DNA from: a phage
Sequence record: PX853108.1
Reading direction: 5' to 3' (one strand)
DNA length: 64,000 nt
The position numbers and the translations under genes were made by a program. This document shows positions 1 through 8,601 of the stretch, one piece after another. Positions within the stretch are counted from its first letter, which is position 1. Each line of letters starts with the position of its first letter. The notes beneath the pieces were generated by a model. It was not told where the DNA came from. It did not search any database and saw only the letters and a program-made list of their open reading frames with translations.

Positions 1-156
1 ATGGTTGAGGTATCTATCCTCTATTCATCATAGCGTTTGATACTTAAAACCTCATACAGCTTACCATTTACAAGTAATGGTCCTCCCACTTCTATGAAAG
101 CCAGACTGTGTACTATCACTGGTTCAGGTAAGCCCTTGACTGTTACATACCACATG

Positions 157-486
157 TTAATCCTTATACGCAGTTAAATAGGAGGGAGCATACACCAAGT
201 GAGGGGTTTGTAATTCATTCGTAATACCAAAGGTTAGAGAGTACTTATCCGTATTCACATGCCAGGGGGAGTACATGTAAGAGGACCATGGTAGTTCCTT
301 TCCTGGTTCAAGAACTTCTACAATAGTTTCCTTATTTAGTAATAAAGCTAATCCTTTAACTTCGTGTAGTGTTTGTTCATCCGGTACTAGGATAATAGGA
401 GTGAGCCTACCTGGTACAAGGTCTTGTAAGGTTGTATGGGTAGTGGGGTTAGAACTACGAGCATAACCTATCTTAGTAAGTTTCAT
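157..486 (-). CDS. Small early-region protein, paralog 1 of a 7-member tandem family
   Basis: 109 aa ORF; shares the motif ILVPDEQ(T/S)LHE..GL..L....E...LEPG...W....SPWH(V/L)NTDKY with ORF 932-1216 (about 50% identity over ~55 aa) and weaker versions with five neighbours. Confidence 0.5.
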   Translation of the reverse strand: MKLTKIGYARSSNPTTHTTLQDLVPGRLTPIILVPDEQTLHEVKGLALLLNKETIVEVLEPGKELPWSSYMYSPWHVNTDKYSLTFGITNELQTPHLVYAPSYLTAYKD

Positions 487-520
487 TTAATATCCTAAGT
501 GCTTGGGTTAGTAGCATATG

Positions 521-892
521 TTAACTTTTTGTGATTACATCCCAATGAGGTGGCATATTAATATCCCAAGGAAGCATCTTTCCAGATTCAAGTATTCTTA
601 CAGACCTGAAGGAGTTACCTTCTTTTACCATACTGGTTCTTACTGTTACTGGTAAGAAGATATGAAAGTAGTCACCTTCTGGTGCAAGGTAAGTATCCCC
701 TTCATTGAGAATAACTATCTTTGCATTGCTGTTAGTAAGAAGTTTATGCCCCTGTGCAAAGTCTGCTAACTCTCCTGGTTCCATTATTAGCGTTGGAGTT
801 CCATAGGTCATAATGTGGATGATTGCTTTCTCCGGTTCTGAGGAATAGTGCAGTAAGTCTGTACCATTCATACCTAAGAGCTTAACGTTCAT
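521..892 (-). CDS. Small early-region protein, paralog 2 (divergent)
   Basis: 123 aa ORF; carries IVILNEGDTY and LESGKMLPWDINMPPHW, matching the family motifs (hxhxxE.D..HE then LEPG..W..PW). Confidence 0.45.
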   Translation of the reverse strand: MNVKLLGMNGTDLLHYSSEPEKAIIHIMTYGTPTLIMEPGELADFAQGHKLLTNSNAKIVILNEGDTYLAPEGDYFHIFLPVTVRTSMVKEGNSFRSVRILESGKMLPWDINMPPHWDVITKS

Positions 893-931
893 GTTTTAGT
901 ACCTGTATCTGATAAGGAGATGTGTTTAGTT

Positions 932-1216
932 TCATTGCCTTTCCTTGTAGATTGGGGTGTTACCCTCGAAGGATAGGATGTACTTGTCTGTATTGAGATG
1001 CCAAGGACTAAAGCTACCCTGCCAGGACATAGGTGTTCCTGGTTCAAGTAGATGTACTTCTGCCTTCTTACTGTATAAGAAAAGTAATCCTTGTAATTCA
1101 TGCAGAGACTGCTCATCTGGAACCAAGATAAGTACATCAGCGTCTAGATTCGCTATATCTTTATGACGGTAGTAGTCATCCTCATGTACTGCTGAATAAA
1201 TTTTACTGATAACCAT
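932..1216 (-). CDS. Small early-region protein, paralog 3
   Basis: 94 aa ORF; LILVPDEQSLHELQGLLFL...LEPGTPMSWQGSFSPWHLNTDKY; start ATG overlaps the stop of the upstream gene (TAATG). Confidence 0.5.
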   Translation of the reverse strand: MVISKIYSAVHEDDYYRHKDIANLDADVLILVPDEQSLHELQGLLFLYSKKAEVHLLEPGTPMSWQGSFSPWHLNTDKYILSFEGNTPIYKERQ

Positions 1217-1536
1217 TAGAGGCTCTCGTCGCTAGATAAATATGAGGTAGAAGGATAGAGGGTAATAAGTCTACCTGTTAGGGTAGTAACTACCATAGGC
1301 TCAGCAGTAGATAGTACGAATACCTGTGCAAACTCAGATATCTCAACTGATGTATCTATCTTAATGAAAGTGATGGGTATGCCTAACATTAGACATGTAC
1401 CTATGAACTCATCAGCCTCTTCATTTGGTTCATATAGGATAGTAGTTCCATCCAGCTCACCATTTAAACAATCCCGTTTAGTTGCTTTACTGCGATAGCA
1501 ACTTGTACTTAGTGCAACTAATGAGTAGAAGTGCAT
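1216..1536 (-). CDS. Small early-region protein, paralog 4 (divergent)
   Basis: 106 aa ORF; ILYEPNEEADEFIGTCLML resembles the ILVPDEQ.LHE..GL core; same strand and tandem context. Confidence 0.4.
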   Translation of the reverse strand: MHFYSLVALSTSCYRSKATKRDCLNGELDGTTILYEPNEEADEFIGTCLMLGIPITFIKIDTSVEISEFAQVFVLSTAEPMVVTTLTGRLITLYPSTSYLSSDESL

Positions 1537-1539
1537 AAC

Positions 1540-1854
1540 TTACTTCCTTACATAGTAGTAACGGTATTCACCCTTCTTATAACGACTCTCCCATTGGTAG
1601 TCATCAGATACCATCATGTATGGGATAGGGTCATTGGCGTTATAGTTGGTATAGACAGAAGGAGGGATAATACATACAACCTTACGGTCATTACCTGCTA
1701 GAAAGAGTTGTCCCCTTACTTCATGGTAGTCCTCTAAGGTAGGAACCAGGATTACTTGATGGGGGTTGCTGTTCATGACTTCTTCTAAAGTGAAGTCAGT
1801 TGTGTACATAGGCTCCCTTTCAGCAAAACTGGGGATGGTCATTATGAATTTCAT
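1540..1854 (-). CDS. Small early-region protein, paralog 5
   Basis: ORF 1540-1929 trimmed to internal ATG (MKFIMT) because the longer form overlaps the 3' end of gene 1820-2218; contains VILVPTLEDYHEVRGQLFL. Start uncertain (alternatives 1842, 1809). Confidence 0.4.
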   Translation of the reverse strand: MKFIMTIPSFAEREPMYTTDFTLEEVMNSNPHQVILVPTLEDYHEVRGQLFLAGNDRKVVCIIPPSVYTNYNANDPIPYMMVSDDYQWESRYKKGEYRYYYVRK

Positions 1855-2218
1855 GATGGATTTTCCTTCCTTTAGGAATGGGTCTGAAGTAAATGGATAG
1901 TGTTTTATTAAAGACGTTATGGTCAACAATCATTTCCCAGCCAGGTACTTTATAGAATCTGATTCCTGGAAAGAATGTTTCGAAGTTCGAGTACTCAGTA
2001 AGATCATACACCTTTGGTTCAGTAAGTATCTCAGTGTTAAGTTGCAGGTTGGATAAGAAAAAAGAACCAATAATCTCGTGTGATTCCTCGCAATCAGGAA
2101 AGAATACTGATTGCCTCGGGGATAGCATCTTACTTACTACCTCTGGTTCCTCTAGGTAATATGGTTCTTGCTTGCGTAGTACACCGGTAATATCAATATC
2201 AAAAGCGTAGATGCTCAT
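1820..2218 (-). CDS. Small early-region protein, paralog 6
   Basis: 132 aa ORF; VFFPDCEESHEIIGSFFLSNLQLNTEILTEP matches the family core. Confidence 0.45.
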   Translation of the reverse strand: MSIYAFDIDITGVLRKQEPYYLEEPEVVSKMLSPRQSVFFPDCEESHEIIGSFFLSNLQLNTEILTEPKVYDLTEYSNFETFFPGIRFYKVPGWEMIVDHNVFNKTLSIYFRPIPKGRKIHHEIHNDHPQFC

Positions 2219-2231
2219 AATTGCATTCCTC

Positions 2232-2270
2232 CAGAAAAAGAAATGGGGTAGAGCCTCTCGACTCTACCCC
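2232..2270 (-). terminator. Intergenic hairpin with T-tract on the minus strand (putative intrinsic terminator/attenuator inside the paralog array)
   Basis: Perfect 9-bp stem GGGGTAGAG/CTCTACCCC (2245-2253 / 2262-2270) with 8-nt loop; minus-strand 3' flank reads TTTCTTTTTCT. Confidence 0.4.
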
Positions 2271-2418
2271 TTACCGTTTTCTATCACGGGTCAGTTCATC
2301 ACCCTAGATACATGTGTATCGTTAGCCTACTAGGTAGGAAAGGAGCCGGGCAACCCTGACTGTAGAAGTTATTAACTCTTTACGAGTACCGCCACTGTCT
2401 ACTAGGCGGCATGACTAA

Positions 2419-2709
2419 TCACATCGTCACCGTCATCCGAACACTGTCTTTGCTTCGCCTGACGGAGACACTATGAGGTAATTTTGTGAAGAACACAAGA
2501 GAGGAATGACGTTTTTCTAAAGAGTAAGTTTCTCTTGGTTCTAAGATTTTAATGCCGGGTCGATTCTCTAAAAGCATCATCCCAGCTAATTCATGATAGG
2601 TATCTTCATCGTGAGTAATGATAATATCATTTGAAAGAATACCAGCTTTGGTGTGGTCTAGTTCTTTGTATTCATCTTTAGAGTCGTGGACTCTCATATA
2701 GATTCTCAA
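2419..2709 (-). CDS. Small early-region protein, paralog 7 (first gene of the array)
   Basis: 96 aa ORF with TTG start at 2709 preceded by AAGGAG at 6 nt spacing; IIITHDEDTYHELAGMMLLENRPGIKILEP matches the core; C-terminus lacks the W..PWH motif. Confidence 0.45.
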   Translation of the reverse strand: MRIYMRVHDSKDEYKELDHTKAGILSNDIIITHDEDTYHELAGMMLLENRPGIKILEPRETYSLEKRHSSLVFFTKLPHSVSVRRSKDSVRMTVTM

Positions 2710-2880
2710 AGGTTACTCCTTTTGGGAATAGGGTCATCGGAACATTACATACTATTTAGTATCATGAACTTTTTCTATATCATGACTAAAGTGTAACTGT
2801 ATGGTATCGTTTCTTCAAGGGGTAACTCATCCCAAGAAAAGAATCTTCTTTAATAGACATAACTTTGTAGCGAGATAAGT

Positions 2881-3570
2881 ATGAGTGAACTAACTAAGCA
2901 GCAGATTATTAATGCCTTACCTGCTAACTTCAAAAACAGTGTGACCCAGGAGTTGGTAGACACAATCAACAACATAACCCAAGACCAACTGGTTGCTGAG
3001 TCCTTCCGTGAAAACTTTATCTCCTACTCTGGTGTAATGAAGGAAGGTAAGTTTAAGACACAGGACTACATGAATGCAGTTCAGTATGTGACTTACAAAC
3101 ACATGGGTTACTCAAATAAGGAAGCCTACTTCAAGACATTCCCTAACCGACAAGCAGAACTTGTTGCACGAGGAACCAGTGAGAAAGACATTAGTGCTTA
3201 TGTATCCGCTTACCACAGAGGTAAGCTAGTTAACCTCATCATGGAACAAAGTTTGGTTCCAGTGTGGATTGTGAACCAGGACAACTATCAGAAGGCAATC
3301 AACGTTCAGGTTGAACTGATGACTACAGCAGCAAGTGAAAAAGTAAGATGTGATGCAGCTAACTCTATCCTTACTCACTTAGCTAAACCGAAAGACCAGG
3401 TAACGAATATCAATCTGGACTTGAGAGAGAACTCTGGATTAACTGACCTCAAGGCAACACTTGCTGCATTAGCTGAACAGCAAATTAACGCAATCAATAG
3501 TGGTGTACCTACCAAAGAGGTTGCTGGTTCTAAACTAGTACGTGCAGATGAGGACATTACAGATGTCTGA
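2881..3570 (+). CDS. Putative terminase small subunit / packaging protein
   Basis: 229 aa ORF immediately upstream of and overlapping the terminase large subunit (ATGTCTGA overlap); first gene of the plus-strand late block. Call rests on position only. Confidence 0.3.
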   Translation: MSELTKQQIINALPANFKNSVTQELVDTINNITQDQLVAESFRENFISYSGVMKEGKFKTQDYMNAVQYVTYKHMGYSNKEAYFKTFPNRQAELVARGTSEKDISAYVSAYHRGKLVNLIMEQSLVPVWIVNQDNYQKAINVQVELMTTAASEKVRCDAANSILTHLAKPKDQVTNINLDLRENSGLTDLKATLAALAEQQINAINSGVPTKEVAGSKLVRADEDITDV

Positions 3571-5152
3571 GTTAATTAAACAGGAACTAGATGAATGGCT
3601 AGACCAGGTGGATTACTCCCACCTTAATTCGTCTAACTATGTTCCTAGTCAGTTTGCTCTTACCTTTGCCAACTTTATTAAGTTGGTTAATGGTAAAGAG
3701 GGTGAATCCAACAAAACACCTCCAGTTCACCTGAAGATGCTGGATAAGATGATTAGTCCTAACCAGTATGTAGTTAACCTGTGCTTCCGTGGTGCAGGTA
3801 AGACTGCTGTGTTTATGGAATACTTTACTTTGTTCCTGGCAGTGTTTGGACACTTACCAAGTCTGGGTAAAGTAGAAGGGATGATTTACGTATCTGACTC
3901 AATGGATAACGGTGCTAAGTCTGCACGTAAGAACATTGAGTTTCGTTATAAGAATAGTGAGTTCCTACAGCAATGGATACCTGAAGCTACCTTTACGGAT
4001 AACCTATTAGAGTTTCGTAATGTAGAAGGACATCGACTTGGTGTTAAGCTGTTCGGTGCTAAGACAGGTCTTCGTGGTACGAAGATATATGGTAAACGCC
4101 CAACACTCTGTGTACTGGATGACTTGATTAGTGATGGTGATGCTAACTCCAAGACTAGCATGGAAGCTATTAAGGATACTGTTTATAAAGGTGTGAACCA
4201 TGCTCTTGACCCAACCCGTCGTAAAGTAATCTTCAACGGTACTCCCTTTAATAAGGAAGACATTATCATTGAAGCGGTAGAGTCTGGTGCATGGGATGTC
4301 AACGTATGGCCTGTGTGTGAGAAGTTCCCTTGTAGTAGGGAAGAATTTCAGGGTGCATGGGATGACCGTTTCTCTTACGACTATATTAAAGCCCAATATG
4401 ACATGGCAGTTAAGACGGGTAAGCTGGCAGGCTTCTATCAGGAACTTATGCTCCGTATTAGCTCTGAAGATGAGAGACTGGTTCAGGATAGTGAAATTAG
4501 ATGGTATAGCAGACAGCAACTATTAAGGATGAAGTCCTGCTACAACTATTACATTACAACTGACTTTGCTACTTCGGAGAAACAGACCAGTGACTACAGT
4601 GTCATATCAGTTTGGGCTTATAGTTCTAATGGAGATTGGTTCTGGGTTGATGGTGTGGCTAATCGTCAGCTTATGGATAAAAACTTTGATGATCTGTTCC
4701 GTCTGGTTCAAGAATACCAACCACAAAACGTTGGAGTCGAAATCACAGGACAACAGGGTGGATTCATCTCTCTCCTTCAGAAAGAAATGATTAACCGTAA
4801 TGTCTTCTTTAACTTTGCATCCTCCGAGGGTGGTAAGCCTGGCATACGTCCTGTAACCTCTAAGCTGTCACGTTTTAACCTGGTAGTTCCTTGGTTCAAA
4901 GCTGGTAAGATGTACTTCCCAGAAGAGTTGAGAGATTCAACTATCATGGGTCTGTTCATGGGGCAGATTAAACTAGCTACCATTAATGGAATCAAAGGTA
5001 AGGATGACTGTATTGATACTATCTCTATGCTGGGTTATCTCAATCCTTGGAAACCACAAGCAGGTATGACTATGGTGGATAACAAGGGTGACCCAATGTG
5101 GGATGACGAAGAAGAAGATAGTGTTAACCCACTACGTTCATACATTGTGTGA
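3563..5152 (+). CDS. Terminase large subunit
   Basis: ORF 3542-5152 begins at GTG; first ATG with an RBS (GAGGA) is 3563. Deviant Walker A (CFRGAGKT), Walker B-like LCVLDDLISD, size ~530 aa, position at head of structural block. Confidence 0.8.
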   Translation: MSELIKQELDEWLDQVDYSHLNSSNYVPSQFALTFANFIKLVNGKEGESNKTPPVHLKMLDKMISPNQYVVNLCFRGAGKTAVFMEYFTLFLAVFGHLPSLGKVEGMIYVSDSMDNGAKSARKNIEFRYKNSEFLQQWIPEATFTDNLLEFRNVEGHRLGVKLFGAKTGLRGTKIYGKRPTLCVLDDLISDGDANSKTSMEAIKDTVYKGVNHALDPTRRKVIFNGTPFNKEDIIIEAVESGAWDVNVWPVCEKFPCSREEFQGAWDDRFSYDYIKAQYDMAVKTGKLAGFYQELMLRISSEDERLVQDSEIRWYSRQQLLRMKSCYNYYITTDFATSEKQTSDYSVISVWAYSSNGDWFWVDGVANRQLMDKNFDDLFRLVQEYQPQNVGVEITGQQGGFISLLQKEMINRNVFFNFASSEGGKPGIRPVTSKLSRFNLVVPWFKAGKMYFPEELRDSTIMGLFMGQIKLATINGIKGKDDCIDTISMLGYLNPWKPQAGMTMVDNKGDPMWDDEEEDSVNPLRSYIV

Positions 5153-5158
5153 GGAACC

Positions 5159-5869
5159 ATGCAGAAATTATCGGAAGTATATCGTGGCTTGGCACTAAGT
5201 ACCTTGAAGGGTACTGGTGCAGTCACTGATGACAGATTAGGCATTGAACCAGATAGCAAGCCTGAAATATTGGCAGCTATTAATGAAGGGCTGGTACGAC
5301 TACATAGTCGTTTCCCTTTAAGGACTAATAGCTGCATTGTGGAGATGAAGGAAGGTCGTACTGATTATCCCCTTCAATCCAGATATGCTTACTCCAAATT
5401 TATTAAGCCTACTCTTGAGATTCAATACCCATATATCATGGATGGGTTCATGAAACCTTTCCAGGATGATGTCATTAAAATCTTAAATGTGTTTGATAAC
5501 TCAGGGAATCGACGTAGACTGAACGACGATTCAGACCCTCATGCAATCTTTACTCCTCGGCCTGATACTATTCAGTGTATGCGACCTCGACACTTCGAGG
5601 CACTTAACGTAACTTATCAAGCTAAGCACCCTGTACTTACGGGTGATGAAGAACAGGAAGTTGATTTAGCTGATACGCTAATGACGGCACTTCATAACTG
5701 GGTGGGTTATCGTTACCACACTGGTTTGAATACTCCGGAAGCTAATGCTAAGGCAGCAGAGTATCTGCAAACATATGAAAGCATCTGTGGTGAGGTTGTT
5801 GATTACGACCTGGCTAATGGAAGTATTTCAATTACCGAAACTAAATTTGAACAACGAGGATGGCGATGA
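5159..5869 (+). CDS. Virion structural protein (tail-associated by position)
   Basis: 236 aa ORF with RBS GAGGAA; lies between terminase and the tailspike-like genes. Confidence 0.3.
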   Translation: MQKLSEVYRGLALSTLKGTGAVTDDRLGIEPDSKPEILAAINEGLVRLHSRFPLRTNSCIVEMKEGRTDYPLQSRYAYSKFIKPTLEIQYPYIMDGFMKPFQDDVIKILNVFDNSGNRRRLNDDSDPHAIFTPRPDTIQCMRPRHFEALNVTYQAKHPVLTGDEEQEVDLADTLMTALHNWVGYRYHTGLNTPEANAKAAEYLQTYESICGEVVDYDLANGSISITETKFEQRGWR

Positions 5870-8547
5870 ACGCACATACCCCCTTTGATGCAAAACAGGA
5901 TTGGACCAATCCTTACTGCCAAAACAGTTCCAATGACCCAATGGTAGATGCATTACTTGGTAATGCTTACCATGTGGTTCGTACTGTTTACTGTAACTTG
6001 GGTAACCTTAAACTTTTGTATGATTTCCTGAACCAGTATGGAATGGTTCTTGGTGTACAGTCAGAGGCAGAACTTAAAGCATTAACTACTAAAGCTAAGT
6101 ATGCACGTATCTATGGCTTTTCTCGTACAGGTGACCGGCAGGTAACTGACTACCTGTATGTGGAAGGTGATCGTACAGGCATTATCCCTGATGACCCAAA
6201 GGCAACAGGTTCATGGATTACTGTTGCTACTTCTGGTTCCACCGGTGGTGGTACTTCTTCCAGCGAAGGTGCTTACATTCCTTGGGTATACAGCAATGGT
6301 TCCGCTACTGGTGGGGAAACCACAATCAACGTACCAGATGGTACGGTAGGTGTGCCTTTCATTATTGTTAATGGCGACATGCAGTATGTAGGCCGTGGCT
6401 TTGAGTTTAATATTGACAGTCTGTCTGTAACTCTGGCTCAACCTTTAGAAGAAGGGGATGAAGTAGTATTCCTTCTGACAGGAGTGCCTGCTGTACCAGA
6501 TAATCCTAACGTTAATGACTGGGTTCAGATTAACTGGTTATACAACAATGGTGCTGCTGTAGGTGGTGAACAGGTTATTACTATTCCTTACACCTTCCAG
6601 TCTATTCCGGCTGTGTATAAGAATGGACTACGTTTGTATAAAGGATTAACTACTGAGTCCTATACTGCTGACCCAGATAACCAACGTATTTTTCTTACCG
6701 AACCACTGACAACCAATGACCGTCTGATTGTACAGATTGGAGGGGAAACACAGGTACTGGAAACATCAGACCATACTATTCAGGAAGTTGCTCGTGCAGC
6801 TAACGTTAAGGATAGTGAGGTAATTCTTAGTACTGACGTTACTCAATTCTTAAATGGTAAGAAGATTGTTTATTCTGTTAGTGAGCAGAAGGCTTATGGG
6901 TTACCTTCTTTGCCTACCAATGTGTACATTCAATCCGTAGAGAACGGTAAGCTTACATACTCCCCTGGAGCCGTGGAAGTAGATTTAGTTCCTATCCCTG
7001 GTTCCTCTGAAGAATTAAAAAATAGTTTAATATCTGATACTGGGGCTGCCATAGTGAGCACTAGTTCTGGTGCAACTGTACAAGCAGAACTTGATAATAT
7101 TACAGAGAAATTGGGGGACTCTTACCCAAATATAAGAGGTAATATTAATACACCTGCAACTGGGTATGTATTCCAACCATATACCCGCTATTACGGCGAC
7201 CATGACATTCGATACATTGGGGGCGGTAATCCTAAGTCAACTAAGCGATTTAAAAAAGATGGGCATGAAACAATAACTCTTACTGGGATTTCTACGACGG
7301 CATCTAATCCTCCAACCATATCGGTGGATACAGTTGCATATGTAAACCCTGCTAGTGCTGACCCTGATGATAGAACCTTCCCTGCAAGTATTACCTTTAA
7401 CGGCCTAGCCTTTGTAGGTGATGATGATGAGACGGGGGAAGTTGGATTAACCATCCTTCAGGGTCAGAATTTCCAGATTCAAGATTGTGGTTTTAGTAAG
7501 ACTAAACTGGCAACTTGGTTTGTAGATGTATGGATGACCAGTGTGAGTAATTCCACCTTCTTTGGGCAGGTTCGCCATGATGGAGGTACTAGCTGTTTCT
7601 ACACTAACTGTTATGCCACTGTACATGATGCCTCAGTACCACTAGGTGCATACAGAATTTCTAATATTCAGTATGGTAATATGACCTCTTGTGCCTCGGA
7701 TGGGACGATAAATGGTGCTTACTGGTTTAACGGTAATAATGGATTAACAGTTAATAACTGTGGGTCAGAAGTTCCTACCACAATGGACAGGAACTATGGT
7801 ACTGCTGCGCACTTTGAAAAAAGTAATGAGATGGTACTTACCAATTTTTATACTTTACCCGCAGAAGGTACTAACATGCTCATATCAGTAAAAGATGATA
7901 ATGAGTTAGTATTCAATAACATGATGGTATACGGTAGCCCTGATAGATACAGCCGGGATTTCTGGTTTACAGGCACGAACAATAACTTGATTATTAATGG
8001 GGGCATCTTTGGTAATCGAGGAGACTTCCCACGTATTGCCACAGACCATGCAGGAAACACTGTAATTTACAATGCTGTTAATGGTAACTCATACATATGG
8101 AAAACTAAAACAGCGGCCATCACTGCTGTATGGGAACCAAAGTACCTTTCACAGACATTGGATACTACATCTGATGTCGTATTTACGAACAGCGGTCCTG
8201 TAACAGGAGGAACACGAGATATTAAATTCACTAAGAATGGTAATACTGCTACTGTTGAATTTGATATTACTATTCCAAGTGTTTCTGGTGCAGTGGGACA
8301 ACTTCGTATAAATGGTTTGCCTTATGCTGCTGCTCAACAAGCTAGTGGTAGTGTAGCTATAGCCATTGGTTTAGGTACGGGTGTTGGTAATATTTCTTGT
8401 GCCGTTATCAGAAATGGGACTGAGATACTGTTCTATAAATCTACAACAGCAGGCGGTGTATCATCCGCACTTGTGCCATCAGACCTAACCGATGGATGCA
8501 GCCTTCGCGGTAGTATTACCTACTCCTGTGTATCCGATTGGGATTAA
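5860..8547 (+). CDS. Tail fibre / tailspike-like protein with beta-helix-type C-terminal region
   Basis: 895 aa; Gly/Thr/Asn-rich repetitive C-terminal half typical of parallel beta-helix receptor-binding proteins; internal ~70 aa module (nt ~6781-7015) homologous to the N-terminus of the next gene. Alternative start ATG 5866. Confidence 0.45.
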   Translation: MAMNAHTPFDAKQDWTNPYCQNSSNDPMVDALLGNAYHVVRTVYCNLGNLKLLYDFLNQYGMVLGVQSEAELKALTTKAKYARIYGFSRTGDRQVTDYLYVEGDRTGIIPDDPKATGSWITVATSGSTGGGTSSSEGAYIPWVYSNGSATGGETTINVPDGTVGVPFIIVNGDMQYVGRGFEFNIDSLSVTLAQPLEEGDEVVFLLTGVPAVPDNPNVNDWVQINWLYNNGAAVGGEQVITIPYTFQSIPAVYKNGLRLYKGLTTESYTADPDNQRIFLTEPLTTNDRLIVQIGGETQVLETSDHTIQEVARAANVKDSEVILSTDVTQFLNGKKIVYSVSEQKAYGLPSLPTNVYIQSVENGKLTYSPGAVEVDLVPIPGSSEELKNSLISDTGAAIVSTSSGATVQAELDNITEKLGDSYPNIRGNINTPATGYVFQPYTRYYGDHDIRYIGGGNPKSTKRFKKDGHETITLTGISTTASNPPTISVDTVAYVNPASADPDDRTFPASITFNGLAFVGDDDETGEVGLTILQGQNFQIQDCGFSKTKLATWFVDVWMTSVSNSTFFGQVRHDGGTSCFYTNCYATVHDASVPLGAYRISNIQYGNMTSCASDGTINGAYWFNGNNGLTVNNCGSEVPTTMDRNYGTAAHFEKSNEMVLTNFYTLPAEGTNMLISVKDDNELVFNNMMVYGSPDRYSRDFWFTGTNNNLIINGGIFGNRGDFPRIATDHAGNTVIYNAVNGNSYIWKTKTAAITAVWEPKYLSQTLDTTSDVVFTNSGPVTGGTRDIKFTKNGNTATVEFDITIPSVSGAVGQLRINGLPYAAAQQASGSVAIAIGLGTGVGNISCAVIRNGTEILFYKSTTAGGVSSALVPSDLTDGCSLRGSITYSCVSDWD

Positions 8548-8601
8548 TATTTATATAGCCTCCGTAACTGGAGGCTTACTTAGAAAAACAAAGAGGTTGT
8601 T

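Noticed and set aside
889-1166. ORFs 889-1137 (minus) and 957-1166 (plus) overlapping paralog 3
   Set aside because: The 932-1216 frame carries the conserved family motifs; the alternatives do not.
4007-4519. 170-aa minus-strand ORF inside the terminase large subunit gene
   Set aside because: Antisense to a confidently assigned gene; low-complexity composition; the whole block is plus-strand.
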